Part shown: positions 59,135-64,000 of the stretch, one piece after another
Layout: each line of letters starts with the position of its first letter
Position numbering within the stretch: the first letter of the stretch is position 1
Origin: Orbicella franksi
Taxonomy: Eukaryota
Direction: 5' to 3'
Assembly (NCBI GenBank): GCA_964199315.1
Contig: OZ116699.1
Coordinates: 33,666,001 to 33,730,000, forward strand
Length of the DNA stretch: 64,000 nt
The notes under the pieces: generated by a model
Databases searched by the model: none
What the model was told of the DNA's origin: nothing
Seen by the model: only the letters and a program-made list of their open reading frames with translations
Translations under genes and position numbers: made by a program

Positions 59135-61821
59135 AATTGAGCTTATTACGCGCGTTAATTATAACGGGCGTGAATTTTACATATAATGGCCGTACGTATA
59201 GACGCTCATTAATCTATCAAAATTCTGACCCGTTATAGCGCGCGTACGAGACGTGACAACGGAAATTCAGCGTTTATTTCTAGTTGTTACTTTCTAAAGC
59301 TCAGCGCTTTGCGCCCGCATTCGCGCTTCGCACTCGATCGAGTATCGCTCTCTGCGTTCTGCCCCGCTAAAGCGCCTGTTCTGCAGTTACTTGTTAGCGT
59401 TGTTTTGTCGGTGAAGGCAGGGTGGCCATTTGTTTAAGCTTTCACGTGGAGTTCGCAATGCAAGTACGTACACTAAGTGAAGCTCGCCATTTTATTATGT
59501 CAGTAGTTTAATGTGCCTAGTTTTTTAGTTATTCTTGTCATGATAGAGTCCGAAATACAAATTGATTAAGGCCATGCATGAGTAAGAAGAGCCAGGTAGT
59601 ATCTAAAGGTCGCTAATCTAGGAAACATTGTTGCTGACTGATTTTGAAACCATTTTGCAACGAGGAAATTTATTTCAGAAACAAAGTGGCACGCATGCCC
59701 ATAACAACTGTACAACAAGTCTATTAATAATGGTAAAAAGACGGAGTGAAGGCCAATTCCAGGTGATTAATCTTCTCGTCGCCAGGGCTACGGGACGGCG
59801 TTGAATTAGCTGTCTTGTTTATTATTATGATAGCTTGCTTGGATTTGACAGAACGCAACTTTCTTGTTGTCTTTATATATTCAATGTAGTCTTCACATGA
59901 AACTGTTGATCTCTATGAGTTACACTGCCACTAACGCTTTCGGCGCATTCTGCAAAATGTCCCTACCGGATATCAGGGGGAAGATTCACAGTTTGCTATC
60001 TCATACCGGGGCATTGACCGAAACTGACGTGCAAGCTCTCTGCCAGTCTGCCGGCGGGGAAACTGGTGATCAGTTCGAACGTTCGTTACCAGATAAATGA
60101 TATCACTCGTAGATGTTGTCTCCCCTCTTCTATACGAATATACGAAGATTCTTACAAGAAAAAGCTGGAGTTTTTCTTAAACACCCGAGCGAAATCTCAT
60201 TGTCCAACGGTTCTTTCAGGCGGGTTTGTTACATGACCTTATATATATCTCTGACTTTCCAACGTGACAACCTTATTTCCAAATTTAAAAAGAGCTTAGA
60301 GACAGTCTCGACATTCAGTGATTAAGTGTTCATCTGTGTCCTTATCTGCCTATTATGATCATATCATAAATTATATTTCGTCCTATTTGAGAAGGTTGAG
60401 AGGTGAGGGGCCAAGAGTGAATATCATTTTTGAGTTTTACTTAATTACAGTAATTTTACTGACAACATTTCCTGTCACCACAGTTGACAAAATACTCAGG
60501 ATACCTCACCTCTTTGTATGCCTCCCCCATGTCTTGACCTTCTATAATCTGTGAATCCCAACTTTGAATACCTGACATACTTGTTGAATCATACTAGTCG
60601 GGGTGATTCAGGCTGGTTTCATGCCGCGAAAATCAAAACAAGACTAATGCGGTAGAAAGCCATACAAACAGTGAAGTTAAACGAAAGTAATCTGAGCTTT
60701 GGTGCACGAATCTAAACATACTTAAAGGAAATTAAAATAATAAAAAAAACATATACATGTATTGTGAAAAATATTGAAAGGGATCCCAACACAGAAAGCC
60801 ACTGATCTATTTGTGGTATATCAAAATATTAATGTAAGCGTCAGTGTTGTCCTGTTTGTTGATTGGTAGTGCCAAGAGAAAACAATGTATACTGTTCCTG
60901 TGTAGACAGTGATGCTTAAAATATTCAGTTGCATTTGAGCTGAAATATACATGGGAAAAGAGCGAAAATAAAGGACATCTCGGACATCAACTTACGTAGG
61001 CCTGTTCCAATGCTCAGATTTTGCAGAGTGTCAAATTGCATATCGTTCAGAGCAACTTATAAATAACCTTCTGTTTATTTCCAGTTACCCTTTTCGTTAC
61101 ATCCACCAGGAAGAATTCCAAGATTTGCGATTTTTTTTTTGTTATATAAATACAGTGTTTGCTGCATCGAATCCGGCGGTTCACCCCTCCCCCACTCCGC
61201 CCCTCGGCCTCCCCCAGCCCCACCCCCACTACCGTGTCACTTCACAGTCTTTACATACTCGCTGCATTCTTTTGATGGCAGTTTATACAACGAACAGTTA
61301 CGTAACAATCCCCTTTTGTGTCTCTTATCAAAGAAATATAACTTTTCACGTGGAAATGCCTCAAATTGACGGTGAATTTTAAGAAGGAAGAAACCTCTGG
61401 TACCGGTTTTAACCGTTAAAAGGCCTTAGGGAATCAAAGCGAAAAAAAAATCTTTGAGATCAAAGGATAAATAGATGCGTCAAATTTGCAGAATTTAAAT
61501 AGATCGAAATTGGCCTATCAGAACTAAAATCGCATGACAGTCACTGGGGAATGCGTATTTTCCCTTCCAATGAACTATGGTTGATCTATGGACCTTCATG
61601 CTTTTTTCACGTGCACCAAAGTAGCAACCAATCAGCGACCGCAATGTTGGTCAGACGTGACAGCTGTGAAAACGAGGCTATTCTGTAATTTCACGGACAG
61701 ATATAAATATGGTTTTGAAATGTTTGAAATGTTCTTTATTTCCACTGTACTGAAGCGCTCAGGCGAAGCCTTACTTTAAACCTTTTGGATCAAAACCTCA
61801 GCGATCTAACAAAAACTAACA

Positions 61822-61884
61822 ATGGCTGATACACGTAAACGAGTTTTGAATTTCGCTGCTGGTCCCGCCAAACTACCAGAAGAA
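61822..61884 (+). CDS. PSAT1: Phosphoserine aminotransferase, exon 1 (gene probably continues beyond the window)
   Basis: MADTRKRVLNFAAGPAKLPEE followed by GTAAGT (phase 0). Matches the SerC/PSAT N-terminal NF.AGPAKLP motif. Confidence 0.88.
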
Positions 61885-63650
61885 GTAAGTGAAAAGAGAA
61901 ATTTTACGCTACACTTTGACTGTATTTTCCTTGTATGTGTTTTAGCTGTATAATTTTTGAATCGCAAGAGCTCGTCTTTTCTAAGCAGTGTTATGTAGCA
62001 CCTTTTCTATCAAGTTATTTTTGAAATTTTATATTGATATTTACTAGATCTGAAGAATTAATTCAAGCTGAAAGTTCAGCGGTAGACTGCAGCGATCTTC
62101 ACGAATTTTATGCGCGAATTTGTCCACAGTTCCTGACATCAATCATGATTTTAGAGCAGACCTTGTTTGGATCAAACTATGCTTCGAAACCTCGTCAGTA
62201 AAGACCGGAAATTGTGATTTATTGCATTACATTACATTATCATTGCGAAACAGTTTGTAAAAGTACTTTGGTCAGTGCTAACGTGAGAAACTGAACAACC
62301 GCGAAGCTAACGAAATTGGCGCGTTTCCCTAATATGGGGAGCAAGATGAATGCGTTTCCCTAATATGGGAGATTAGCAAAACATCGAAGGGAGATTCCTT
62401 GGACTGTGCTCAACGCGATCTGTCATTCGAATGCGACACTGTACTTCTGTTCCTAACTTCGTGGAGTAATTCATGTATTGTGGACGCTTCAGGGGGAAGC
62501 GATGGGCTTTTATTTTGCTTGTCCGTCTCGAGACTGTCGACCAAGCGGGGCGAAGCCATGAAGCAGAATATTGTAGGGATGGGCCATGGGCCGTGTCGTT
62601 TAAATGCAGAATATTGTATCGATATAAGTCACTCAGAACTAGCAGTTTGTGAGACAACAAGGTGGCATTGAGTTTTAACAGAAAAAAATGCTTTTGTAAC
62701 AATATGGTTTATAGTTTGGCTGATGCAATCGTGCATAATTTAATATTCCCACAAGGAGTGCCTTGTGATCTAGAGATATATGCAGTTCAATATGAAACTA
62801 TTATTCTTACGTAACGACTTCTTCGTTGCTTTACCACGAGCACAAATAAATATCATTACATGAACATATACTCTAGACACTGGTGTTTATTTTTGTTTTC
62901 TATTCCTTTTATGTGGTATTTTGGATATTTGTACTTATATTGTAGTATTTTCTTGAATCAAACCCGTGAAAGTGTGGAGACAGGCAAGGAATAGAACTTA
63001 TAAATGTATTCTTAAAATTTTTCCTCAGTAGTGTGTTAGTTCCTACTGTGATCGTAACATGAAAACCATTCCCTTTTCTGTCATGTTTGAGCTGCACAAT
63101 ACCGAATTTGTACCTATCACTTAATTTTTGTCCCTATATTAAGACATTACTTTCCTTTCTCTTTCATTTGGTTTGTTTTCTCTGACTGCTCTTTTAAACA
63201 CAAAGGGATTCATAGGTTTCTTTGTTTCAAGTATCATATTTGGGCAAATGTATCGGTAGGACTAGCCACAAAAATGTAACATAATAATACAAAGAAACTT
63301 CTAAAGGCTAGAGAGGAAATGTGAAAAGCTATAAATTATTTGGCAGCGCCTGTACATGTTGCTGCAAGTATGCACCAGACCCAAACTTCTCGGCCAAATT
63401 TTGAATCATGCAACCTGTAATGTTTATTCGCCAAAAGCTGTCGAAATATTAACACAAAGACAATGTTATGGATATTATTTTCTTTATTTATGGGTAAAAT
63501 AATAGTGGGAATCGGTTGAGATTTTGCAATCGATCGTCGGAAATAATCGGATTATCCTAACCGATCGATCATCGATCATAATCGAAAGAATCTACCAATA
63601 AGCATTCCATGAGACTGACACGAAATCAACAAAACCAGCGTGCCACAAAC

Positions 63651-63822
63651 CTTTGTTGGTGTATTGCTTTCTGCAGAGCCTACAGATTACCTTCATCATA
63701 TCCAAGTTTTCTTTTGTTTTGGGCCCTTCCTTCACTTGATAAAAACCAAAATATTCCCACACTTTTGACCTGGCATTTCCAGGATAACGACGGATCTCCC
63801 ACTTGGCCATTTCAGCCGCCAT
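63651..63822 (-). mobile_element. BED zinc-finger first exon of a hAT/ZBED1-like transposase (truncated), antisense within the PSAT1 intron
   Basis: MAAEMAKWEIRRYPGNARSKVWEYFGFYQVKEG...DMMKVICRLCRKQYTNKG then a GTTTGT donor. SKVWEYF and CxxC are BED hallmarks. ATCG-rich subterminal-like repeats lie at ~63505-63590. Confidence 0.72.
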
Positions 63823-64000
63823 GTTAGACTTGTCAGCAACATGTAAGCGAGGCAGGTCTGAGAGGACCCTCGGAATTAATTTGAGGTGACATTTCGCGGC
63901 GATGTTGTTTGTTAATTCCTTTCACTCGCTAGTGATAGTGATACTACAAATGCGAAACAGTGAGTTTGTTCGAAATACAAAGCAGCTTAGCATGCCACAT

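Noticed and set aside
62373-62702. Minus-strand 109-aa ORF in the PSAT1 intron
   Set aside because: No recognisable domain or splice support.

Overview
Intron-rich, AT-rich animal genomic DNA. The repeat families and gene structures suggest an anthozoan, probably a stony coral (inference). There are no operons, CRISPR arrays or rRNA genes. Genes were reconstructed by hand from GT-AG splice sites with reading frames checked. In order: MRPL27 (-, 4 exons); a cluster of three divergent coiled-coil/disordered coding units (A and B on -, C on +) that share an ungapped N-terminal motif and resemble CCDC190; RAMAC/FAM103A1 (-, 3 exons); CDO1 (+, 5 exons); a type II-like coronin (+, 10 exons); a ~1,333-aa SRCR-CUB-Ig-LRR-Cys-rich multipass membrane receptor (+, at least 17 exons); and exon 1 of PSAT1 at the right edge. 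Introns and intergenic DNA carry a tRNA-derived SINE, a tRNA-like tandem-unit element with an inverted junction copy, many MITEs, a deleted Harbinger transposon, a Polinton-type protease relic and a BED-finger (hAT) relic. The most novel-looking system is the CCDC190-like cluster. Two paralogous large first exons (A and B) both end in phase-0 GAG|GT donors upstream of a single phase-0 terminal exon carrying the conserved RYLR motif. This suggests a variable-first-exon/constant-exon locus, which is untested.
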